A DNA stretch of 64,000 nucleotides from the NCBI GenBank assembly GCA_963755125.1, contig CAVWIP010000014.1, positions 65,681-129,680 on the forward strand, read 5' to 3'. This DNA comes from an uncultured delta proteobacterium. Lineage in GTDB: Bacteria > Myxococcota_A > Polyangia > Fen-1088. The position numbers were made by a program, and so were the translations under genes. Positions 57,304-64,000 of this stretch are shown piece by piece. Within the stretch, counting starts at the first letter, position 1. Each line of letters opens with the position of its first letter. The notes under the pieces are model-generated. The model saw only the letters and a program-made list of their open reading frames with translations, did not search any database and had not been told where the DNA came from.

Positions 57304-58241
57304 TCGTTCCAGAGTCTTCCGCCCGAGGGTTGCAGCGACGGCGCGCGAGGGGGACGGCGTAGGATCTTGTCCACGGCTTTCTGTCGCCCGGAGATGTCCT
57401 CGGCCTCGATGTGGACGCGAGTTTGCGGCGCCGACACCTGCACGTGCGCGACGAAAGTGCCATCAGGCGCCACGGGGGTCTCTTCGCCGTTCACGCGGAC
57501 GCGCGACGACGGGCTGGCGTGACCTCGGATCTGGGATGCAGCCTCGGTCTTGTCGTCTTCTGGCCAGATGACCGAGAGCAAGAGTTGCTCGGGAATGGGC
57601 TCAGGATCGCTGGGCGCCGCCCCGGGGAAAGCCGTGCTCTCGTTCCCCTTGCGAACCAGGACTTGCTTGCCGTGCGCCTCGAAGCGGGCCGCGCCCTCGG
57701 AGGCCGCCACACTGACGTTTCCGCTGGGCGACACCGACACGGCAAAACGCGCGGCGCCCACGTTGGTGGTGTGTGTGTCGAGGGCATCGATCTCCAGTTT
57801 CTCGTCGTCCTTGCCCACGTTGGCGGAAACCCGACCACCGCGCAGCAGGCCCAGTTTGGCGGTGGTCTTCTCCAACTGGTCCACGCGCAGATCCATGTTG
57901 TCGCGCACCTCGATCTCGACGCTGCCCCGGCGCAGAAGGGCGCGTGCCCCGCCATGGGTGCGCACCACGTCCTTGGACGACAGCAGATGGCCGGCGCGCG
58001 CCACGTACCACTGACCATTTTGGAATGCTTCCACGTTGCCAGCCAGCGCGCTCAATCGAAACTGGGTGGGCCCGGCCGCCACCAAGCGCGACGAAGGTGG
58101 CGGCAAGCCAGCCGGCATCTCGAAACGCCGACGCTCGAAGAAGAAGCGCGACAACAGCGTGGCCGCCACCAGGATGACGACCACCAGGACGATGATCGCC
58201 GCCTGGAAACCGGACAGCGGCCGCCGCCTTAGCTGGCTCAT
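57300..58241 (-). CDS. FecR-domain protein with N-terminal TM anchor
   Basis: Single TM AAIIVLVVVILVAATLL after about 10 cytoplasmic residues. The FecR-like beta-sandwich is (…GQWYVARAGHLLSSKDVVRTHGGARALLRRGSVEIEVRDNMDLRV…). ATGA overlaps occur at both ends. Confidence 0.65.
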   Translation of the reverse strand: MSQLRRRPLSGFQAAIIVLVVVILVAATLLSRFFFERRRFEMPAGLPPPSSRLVAAGPTQFRLSALAGNVEAFQNGQWYVARAGHLLSSKDVVRTHGGARALLRRGSVEIEVRDNMDLRVDQLEKTTAKLGLLRGGRVSANVGKDDEKLEIDALDTHTTNVGAARFAVSVSPSGNVSVAASEGAARFEAHGKQVLVRKGNESTAFPGAAPSDPEPIPEQLLLSVIWPEDDKTEAASQIRGHASPSSRVRVNGEETPVAPDGTFVAHVQVSAPQTRVHIEAEDISGRQKAVDKILRRPPRAPSLQPSGGRLWNE

Positions 58242-60145
58242 GCGAGCAGACTGGCTCCTTCGGCGATGGGAAAAGTCAGCCAGAAGGTCGTGCCTTGGCC
58301 GACCTGGCTCTCAACCCGGATGGTGGCCCCGTGGTCCTCGATGATCTTGTGCACGATGGAAAGGCCAATGCCGGTGTCGGTTCGCTGCGCCTTGGTGGTG
58401 AAGAAGGGATCGAAGATGCGGGACAGTTGCTCGGGACTGATGCCCCGCCCGGTGTCACTCACCCGCAGCCGGAGCAACTTGTCCTCCGGCCGCGTGGTCT
58501 CCAGGGTCAGGGTGCCGCCCTTGTCCATGGACGCCCTGGCGTTCTGGATGAGTTGTATGATCGCGGCTTGCACCTGCAGGGCGCTGCCGCGGACCGGAGG
58601 GCTGGGGCTGGCGACGTGCTTGACCACGGTGATGCCCGCCTCGGCCAGGGTCTTGGGCCCGCACAGCTCGAGCGCGTCGTGAGCGACCGCGGAAAGATCG
58701 AAGGGCCGGAAGTGCTCGCCCGACTGCTTCTGCGAGAAGCGCAGCAGGTTGGCCACGATGCCCTGAATGCGCGCGGCCTGCTCCTCGATGTCCTGCACCA
58801 GCGGCCGGGCGGGATGGCCTTCGGGCAGATCGGCCAGCAGGATCTGCGCCAGACCCAGCACGCCGGTCAGCGGATTGTTGATCTCGTGCGCGACCCCGGC
58901 GCCGAGTGATCCGATGGCGGCCAGCGAGCGCGAGCGCAACAGGAGGTCCTGTGCGTCACGCAGTTCCTTGGTCTTCTCATCGACCCGCTTTTCCAAGGTG
59001 ACGTTCCAACCTCGGATCTCCTCGTTGCGCAGCAAAATCTCGCTACGCGCCGCCGAGAGCGAACTGGCCATGGAATTGAATGCCTTGGCCAGTTCACCCA
59101 GCTCGTCGTTGGATGCAACTTCAATTTCGGCGTCCAGCTTGCCCTGGGCGATGTGGCGCGCTCCCTGTACCAGGGTGCCGACCCGGCTGGCCAGCGAGCG
59201 CGCCAGCGCCGCACCCACCACCGCGGCGACGAAGGCGGCCACACCCACCCAGTAGAGGGTGGTCCAGGTGAGGCGACGCGCGGGCTGCAGGGCCGATTCG
59301 AGCCAGCGCTCGACGACCACGCCCATGCCAAAGGCGGGCGTCGGCACGTAGGCGCCGACCACCGCGTGGTCGTGGCTCGGGTACTCGGCCACGAACCAGG
59401 CGGACGGCAGCGAGCCGGGCTTGCCCTGCGGCAGGCGCTTGGGTTCGAGCGGGGTGGGTCCCACGGCCCGGCCGGAAGCCACCGTGCGGCTCTCGCGATC
59501 GAGCAGCAAGATGTCGCGGTCGTTCGACGAAAGCGAAGCCAGGTGATCGGCGATGCGGCGCAGGGATACAGCGGCCACGATGATGCGGGGATCCTCGTCG
59601 GCCAGACCCTGGTAGCGGACCGCCAGCACCACATGCGGCACCCGCGCGCTGCCGGCCACGAAGATCGATCCCACTGCGCTCCCCTCGCGCAACACCGCCT
59701 CGACGGGAACATGCGCGGGCAGAAGCGCCACGTCCTGGGCCGAGACGATCTCATGGGTTCCAAAGGAATCATTTCTGGGTGCGACCGACTGGAAGGCAGC
59801 CGGAACCAGTGGCTGTCCTTCGGTGTCGAGCAAGGCCACGGCACTGAAATCGTCGCTCTGGTGGTACACCAGCTGGAGAAACTTGCGCAGCGCCTCGGCG
59901 GTCGGCAGCGCGCCCCCAACCCGGGTGAGATCGAGAATTCGCGTCTCGACCGACATGGTGGCTTGCAGGTTGCTGAGGTGGCTGCTGACGTACTCCGAGA
60001 TCTGGCGGGCCAGCAGAACCTCGTGGTCCTCGATGGCCTCGCGCAAGGCGGCCTGGCTGACCCGGATCGACGAATACCCGGCAATGGCTAGCGGCACGGC
60101 CGCCACGCCGATGGAGAGCAGCGCGAATTTGGGCAGCAGCTTCAC
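58238..60145 (-). CDS. Sensor histidine kinase (periplasmic Cache-like sensor, HAMP, HisKA, HATPase_c)
   Basis: Two TM segments flank a sensor of about 280 aa, followed by HAMP. H-box is GAGVAHEINNPLTGV, N box is LIQNARASM, G1 is SDTGRGI and G2 is GIGLSIV. The GTG start overlaps the upstream stop (GTGA). Confidence 0.9.
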   Translation of the reverse strand: MKLLPKFALLSIGVAAVPLAIAGYSSIRVSQAALREAIEDHEVLLARQISEYVSSHLSNLQATMSVETRILDLTRVGGALPTAEALRKFLQLVYHQSDDFSAVALLDTEGQPLVPAAFQSVAPRNDSFGTHEIVSAQDVALLPAHVPVEAVLREGSAVGSIFVAGSARVPHVVLAVRYQGLADEDPRIIVAAVSLRRIADHLASLSSNDRDILLLDRESRTVASGRAVGPTPLEPKRLPQGKPGSLPSAWFVAEYPSHDHAVVGAYVPTPAFGMGVVVERWLESALQPARRLTWTTLYWVGVAAFVAAVVGAALARSLASRVGTLVQGARHIAQGKLDAEIEVASNDELGELAKAFNSMASSLSAARSEILLRNEEIRGWNVTLEKRVDEKTKELRDAQDLLLRSRSLAAIGSLGAGVAHEINNPLTGVLGLAQILLADLPEGHPARPLVQDIEEQAARIQGIVANLLRFSQKQSGEHFRPFDLSAVAHDALELCGPKTLAEAGITVVKHVASPSPPVRGSALQVQAAIIQLIQNARASMDKGGTLTLETTRPEDKLLRLRVSDTGRGISPEQLSRIFDPFFTTKAQRTDTGIGLSIVHKIIEDHGATIRVESQVGQGTTFWLTFPIAEGASLLA

Positions 60146-61428
60146 GGTGCGATCCAGAAAAAGCCGTCGGGCAGGCTGGTCCAGCCGTCGTTGGCGTCGA
60201 AGGCCCAGACCGTGGCCTGTCCGCTGGCGCCGGGCACGACGCCGATAATTTCAGTGTCGCTTAGACAGGACGCATTGGCCAAGGGAACCGCGGCGGCCAA
60301 GACCTGGCCAATGTAGATGATCGTGGACGTGGTGAAGTTGGCGCCAGAAACCTGTACGGGGGTGTCCTGCCCTTGCAGACCATAGGCAGGCGAGATCGAC
60401 GCGATCTGTGGTGGAGGCTGATACTCGAACGACGCGAACCAGGTGGCCAGGCCCAGCCGCGACTGCACGGTCACGGTGGCCGGGCCTGCGGCGTGAGCCG
60501 GGGTGTACCCGGTGATGGTCTGTTGGTCGGCGGACACGACGCCGCCATCGGGGATGATGGGGGTGTCGTCGAAGTAGACACGACTTCCGGCAACAAAGCC
60601 CGATCCTCGGATCACCACATTGGTTCCACCCGCCACGCCTCCTGCCTGCGGCGTGACCGAGGACACCGTAGGGGGCGCGCTCAGCCTGATGGGGAGGTCC
60701 ACGCTGGTCTGGTTGGGCGGCACGGCGTTGTCCGAGGCCACAATGTCCAGGTTCACCGTCATGCCGGGATCCAAGTTCGAACCGATGGTCACGTCGAAGG
60801 TGCAGTCGATCTCCTCTGCGCCCGGCCGGAACGGACAGGTGGCCGTCACCGGGTCACGTTGTGTCCCGTCGTCGGCCGGCGGCTCAGAATACCTCCAGGC
60901 CAGCGCCGTCATCTGGCCGGGTGGCTGGTCCACAGCGCTCACGTTCCCGTGAATGATGGTCCCCGGGGCGTAGAGATCTCCTGCGCTCGGGCTGGTGACC
61001 GTCACTATCGGCGCGAAGGTGTGCCGCCCCAGCGCAAGGAAACCAGCCGGCAGCACTGCCTTGCGGCCGCGCGGATCCGTGATCTCCACATCGCAAGGAC
61101 CCGCGCCCAGGTCGTCCGGATCCGGTAGGTCCAGGGTGGCCGAGATCTGCGTCGGGCCGACCCATCCGAAGTCGGTCAGGGGAAACCACGTCGGCGGGTT
61201 GCCCACACGGCCCGAGAAGCCGTCCATGGTCGCCACCCGTTGGCCCGAAACAGGGTCGAGGCGGAACGATGGGATGAAGTCCGCGCCCATCAGCGTGAGG
61301 CGGAGGTCGCCATCGGTGTAGGCCTGCGCGGGCTCAACCGCGTCGATGCGCGGCTGCGGCTCGTTTCCGGTGCAGCCGGCAAGGGCAGCGGCGAGAACAG
61401 CAAAACCTGTGCGGCGTCCGGGGGTCAC
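60142..61428 (-). CDS. Lipoprotein with IPT/TIG-type Ig domains
   Basis: Lipobox LAAALAGC. Repeated P.I..V.P..G...GG..V.I.G.GF segments are present (PTVSSVTPQAGGVAGGTNVVIRGSGFVAGS; PQIASISPAYGLQGQDTPVQVSGANF). GTG start. Confidence 0.7.
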   Translation of the reverse strand: MTPGRRTGFAVLAAALAGCTGNEPQPRIDAVEPAQAYTDGDLRLTLMGADFIPSFRLDPVSGQRVATMDGFSGRVGNPPTWFPLTDFGWVGPTQISATLDLPDPDDLGAGPCDVEITDPRGRKAVLPAGFLALGRHTFAPIVTVTSPSAGDLYAPGTIIHGNVSAVDQPPGQMTALAWRYSEPPADDGTQRDPVTATCPFRPGAEEIDCTFDVTIGSNLDPGMTVNLDIVASDNAVPPNQTSVDLPIRLSAPPTVSSVTPQAGGVAGGTNVVIRGSGFVAGSRVYFDDTPIIPDGGVVSADQQTITGYTPAHAAGPATVTVQSRLGLATWFASFEYQPPPQIASISPAYGLQGQDTPVQVSGANFTTSTIIYIGQVLAAAVPLANASCLSDTEIIGVVPGASGQATVWAFDANDGWTSLPDGFFWIAP

Positions 61429-61508
61429 GCCGCTATCTTACTACCGGCGGAGTGATTCGGGCGGGTTCCGCGCAATGGGGGGCGTCAGACGGGGCCGGGG
61501 CGCGGCCC

Positions 61509-62838
61509 GCTGACCGTTGATCTTTGGCGAAAAGTGCGGCATTGGTGCGGGAACTCCGCGAAATGCCTGTGGATAACGTCATTTGGACGCCTCCAGGAGA
61601 CGCAGAGGACGCATGGTGGGTGGTTCGAGAATCAGGGGCACGGAGAGGCGGTCGAAGCGCGCGGAGAATGTGCCGAGCGCCAAGGCTCTGATGCCGATGG
61701 TGACGAAGGACTGACGAGGCCCTTTGCGTTTGCAGCGCAGGCGCAAAGAGGGATCGATCAGCGCGGCGGTGATGCCCACCAGAGTCCAGATCAAGAGGGC
61801 TACGGCCAGAAGGCTAACGAAGCGGGCCAGGGCCACTGGGTCGCGGAACTGGGTCCAAAAGAGCTTGGCGCCGAAACGTCGGCCTTTCGTGTCTCGGAAT
61901 TGCTCCTCGACGGTCATGCGGCGGTCATAGAGCGCCAGCACCTGCTTGGCGGAACCGGGTTCGCTGGTGGCGACCCACCACGGTTCATGAGCACCAGGAG
62001 CCCAGTATCCGATGATGCGAACCGAGACAACACCGTCGGCACGCAGCGGAACCACGCCGAGATCGAGCACCTGCCCTGGTTGCAGGAGAATGGCCTCCAA
62101 TGGTCGACGTACACCAGGCTCAAGCTCGACGTAGACATCGGCCATCAAACGGACGACGAAGCCCAAGCGCAGCGTCTGCAACAACGCCAGCCAACTCGCG
62201 CGACGAAATCCGCGGTCGCACAGAATCGTCGCGGTGACACCCGCCCGACGGGTGACGTCGGCCAGGAAGCGCAGGAAGGTATTCTCCCGGGTATTCTGCG
62301 AGCGATCTCGGATCAACTTGCGCCAACCTTGAACGAAGACGGGGATGGCCCGCTTGCCGGTGACCATGGCAGCGACCAGGAGGCGCAAGTCATGGTGCCA
62401 TTCGGTCCAGTCCACAGCGAGCAGGACATGCCGATCCGGGCGACGGGCGAGCAAATCCAGCGACCGCGTGGCGAATTCAAGATAGTCGACGTGCTCATTG
62501 CGCAGCAGCCGGTAGAAGCGATTGACCGCACTGTCCAGCCTGGTCCGCAGCCAGCCGGCCAGAGTCGTGGCGATGGCGAACGAGCGAGCCTGACCAGTGG
62601 CGGCGATGGCGGCGATGATCAGACCCAGCGTTCTGCGGCGCGCCTTATGAAAAGGGTCGAGCAAGTCGCTGAGAAATGGGTAGGTTCGTTCTGGGCTCAC
62701 GGGGAAACCTCCTGCGTTTAGTTGGCAAAAACCAAACTTCGGAGGACCCGTGGGCCCTTTTCCACTTATTTTTCACGCTATTTCGTAAGTGATCGAAATG
62801 ATCCAGCTTTTTCGGGCTCGATCTGATAGGCGGTCAGC
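61509..62838 (-). mobile_element. IS4-like insertion sequence (1,330 bp) with 8-bp perfect terminal inverted repeats and a 7-bp target-site duplication
   Basis: GCTGACCG at 61509-61516 is mirrored by CGGTCAGC at 62831-62838. Inner GATC-N5-CGAAAAG motifs are mirrored at 61519-61534 and 62807-62823. GCGGCCC abuts both ends directly (61502-61508 and 62839-62845). Confidence 0.6.
61579..62700 (-). CDS. IS4-family DDE transposase
   Basis: 373 aa. The first-Asp context is LLAVDWTEWHHDL. Further DDE_Tnp_1-like blocks include ILCDRGF. GTG start. Confidence 0.75.
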   Translation of the reverse strand: MSPERTYPFLSDLLDPFHKARRRTLGLIIAAIAATGQARSFAIATTLAGWLRTRLDSAVNRFYRLLRNEHVDYLEFATRSLDLLARRPDRHVLLAVDWTEWHHDLRLLVAAMVTGKRAIPVFVQGWRKLIRDRSQNTRENTFLRFLADVTRRAGVTATILCDRGFRRASWLALLQTLRLGFVVRLMADVYVELEPGVRRPLEAILLQPGQVLDLGVVPLRADGVVSVRIIGYWAPGAHEPWWVATSEPGSAKQVLALYDRRMTVEEQFRDTKGRRFGAKLFWTQFRDPVALARFVSLLAVALLIWTLVGITAALIDPSLRLRCKRKGPRQSFVTIGIRALALGTFSARFDRLSVPLILEPPTMRPLRLLEASK

Positions 62839-62884
62839 GCGGCCCGGGGTTGACGAGGAGCGCTCAGCCTGGGAAATTCGCGCA

Positions 62885-63127
62885 ATGGCTGATCGTCAGA
62901 GTCTTCGGGAGATGCTGAGTCACCGGGTTACCTTCGCCTACGACACCGGAGCCCAGGTGGTGGGCACGGTTACGGCCTGCGCGCCCGCCACGGGGCCGGT
63001 CGAGTATGTGGTGCTGGCCAAAGTGGAGGTGAAAGGCGGGGACGGCCAGGTGCGGGCGCGTTTCGTCGAGTTGCCGCTCGTGCCCAACAACCTGGTGGGC
63101 ATCACCGTGACTGAAGGGCCGCTCTGA
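62885..63127 (+). CDS. Hypothetical 80-aa protein
   Basis: ORF MADRQSLREMLSHRVTFAYDTGAQVVGTV… I chose ATG 62885 because the listed GTG 62789 lies inside the IS. No motif recognised. Confidence 0.35.
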   Translation: MADRQSLREMLSHRVTFAYDTGAQVVGTVTACAPATGPVEYVVLAKVEVKGGDGQVRARFVELPLVPNNLVGITVTEGPL

Positions 63128-63134
63128 TCTCCCG

Positions 63135-63437
63135 ATGAGCGACGGCACGCCAGCGAAGCCCCGCCGCTTACGCGCCGTGGTGCTCGGGTCGGTCCAGGGC
63201 GTCGGCTTTCGTGCTACGACGCTCGACCAAGCCCGGCGTCTGGGCCTCGCGGGCTGGGTGCGCAACCGCGCGGACGGCACCGTCGAGGTACTGGCCGAGG
63301 GCGCCGAGCCGAAGCTGAACCTGTTTCTCGCCTACCTGCGCCGCGGACCGCTCGGGGCCCATGTGGCCGGCGTGGTCGAGGACTGGTCAGACGAGCAGGG
63401 CGCGCCGATCCCGTTCCAGGTCAAGCGCACGGAGTAG
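63135..63437 (+). CDS. acyP: Acylphosphatase
   Basis: VLGSVQGVGFRATT and GWVRNRADGTVEV are the two acylphosphatase signatures. Length about 100 aa. Confidence 0.85.
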   Translation: MSDGTPAKPRRLRAVVLGSVQGVGFRATTLDQARRLGLAGWVRNRADGTVEVLAEGAEPKLNLFLAYLRRGPLGAHVAGVVEDWSDEQGAPIPFQVKRTE

Positions 63438-63629
63438 CTACAGCCAGGCCACTTCGAGGGGTTTGCGCGGCGGAATGGCCACGTATTCGTGTTTCGCGTA
63501 TCCCAGCATGGTGGCTGTATCATTTCGTACGCCAGGGAAGACGGCACCTTCATCCACAGCCGGGGCAACGACGCAGGCTTTGCGCGCAAGCTTCCCGGAT
63601 CGGGTCTGGACGGGAGCGATCGGTCGTAG

Positions 63630-64000
63630 CTATTGCGGGGCAGTCTCGCTGGGCGCGACGCTGCGAACCATGGCCGTGGCCACCAGCTCTGACAGGTTCT
63701 TCACCTGCACGCGCTCGCCCGCGTCGCGGTCGTCCACTGCGTCCTTGATCATGATGGTGCAGTAGGGGCAGGCGGTGGCCACGGTGGTGGCGCCGGTGGA
63801 CAGGATCTCGTCGGTGCGGTCGTGGTTGACCCGAATCCCCGTTTTCTCGTCCATCCACATGCGGCCGCCGCCGGCTCCGCAACAGAAGGCGTGCTCGCGG
63901 GTGCGCCCTAGCTCCAGGCGCTCGCCGCCCAACCGATCCAGAACCGCACGCGGCGCCTCGTACTCGCCATTCCAGCGCCCGAGGTAGCAAGGATCGTGGA
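63630..64000 (-). CDS. (Fe-S)-binding oxidoreductase subunit with CCG domain (GlpC/HdrD-like), C-terminal part; 5' end outside the window
   Basis: The frame is open to the window edge (HDPCYLGRWNGEYEAPRAVL…FCCGAGGGRMWMDE…ATACPYCTIMIKD). CCG motifs are C..CCG and CP.C. Confidence 0.7.
   Translation of the reverse strand, partial: HDPCYLGRWNGEYEAPRAVLDRLGGERLELGRTREHAFCCGAGGGRMWMDEKTGIRVNHDRTDEILSTGATTVATACPYCTIMIKDAVDDRDAGERVQVKNLSELVATAMVRSVAPSETAPQ

Noticed and set aside
61534-62721. 395-aa plus-strand ORF.
   Set aside because: It is antisense to the IS4-family transposase, which has the DDE-type LLAVDWTEW block and sits between matching inverted repeats.
62789-62884. GTG 62789 start for the small ORF ending at 63127.
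   Set aside because: The first 32 codons lie inside the IS element (right end at 62838). ATG 62885 is outside it.

Overview
Very GC-rich bacterial chromosomal segment (GC not computed). It is most consistent with Myxococcota, inferred from a MYXO-CTERM-like sorting tail, FGE-sulfatase-domain and Kelch lipoproteins, a PEGA Ser/Thr kinase, a large che cluster, and many Cys-rich or Gly/Ser-rich secreted lipoproteins. I support about 50 CDS, one tRNA-Ala(GGC) and two transposase genes, one of them in an apparently intact IS with terminal inverted repeats and a target-site duplication. There are also several coding tandem-repeat tracts and a 105-bp direct-repeat pair bracketing 8.9 kb.

Layout:
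- 1-3.7 kb: fucoside-utilisation genes (FucP-like permease, GH95 fucosidase, truncated esterase stub).
- 3.8-16.2 kb: mixed accessory genes. These are a HelD/UvrD-like helicase, a GGSTxN-repeat lipoprotein, an FGE-domain protein, a half-size MFS, a PaaK-like ligase coupled to an S51 peptidase-like gene, an AI-2E transporter, a frameshifted Ig-domain lipoprotein and a Cys-rich repeat protein.
- 16.2-32.4 kb: mosaic accessory region with AT-richer patches. It holds an OMP, an rve transposase, a Kelch lipoprotein, a DUF4091/GH123-like protein, GH15, SLT, an alpha/beta hydrolase, a truncated HTH, an HNH-like remnant and a VNTR lipoprotein, and ends at the tRNA-Ala.
- 32.6-33.7 kb: ilvC.
- 33.9-36.2 kb: zinc-ribbon membrane protein plus Ycf46-like AAA+ ATPase.
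- 36.5-51.0 kb: translationally coupled chemosensory operon (cheY, GAF, DUF4388/MshEN-like, cheA, cheW, HEAT, cheR, cheB, MCP, HEAT) followed by an orphan GspF/PilC-like platform gene.
- 51.1-61.4 kb: eight co-directional envelope and signalling genes (IPT/TIG lipoprotein, histidine kinase, FecR-domain, Ig-like/beta-barrel protein, TPR, Cys-rich MYXO-CTERM-like, lipoprotein, PEGA kinase).
- 61.5-62.8 kb: IS4-like insertion.
- 62.9-64.0 kb: small hypothetical, acylphosphatase, partial Fe-S CCG protein.

The best candidates for an undescribed system are the decorated che operon and the envelope-spanning signalling operon. All functional calls come from motif recognition by eye, with no database search.
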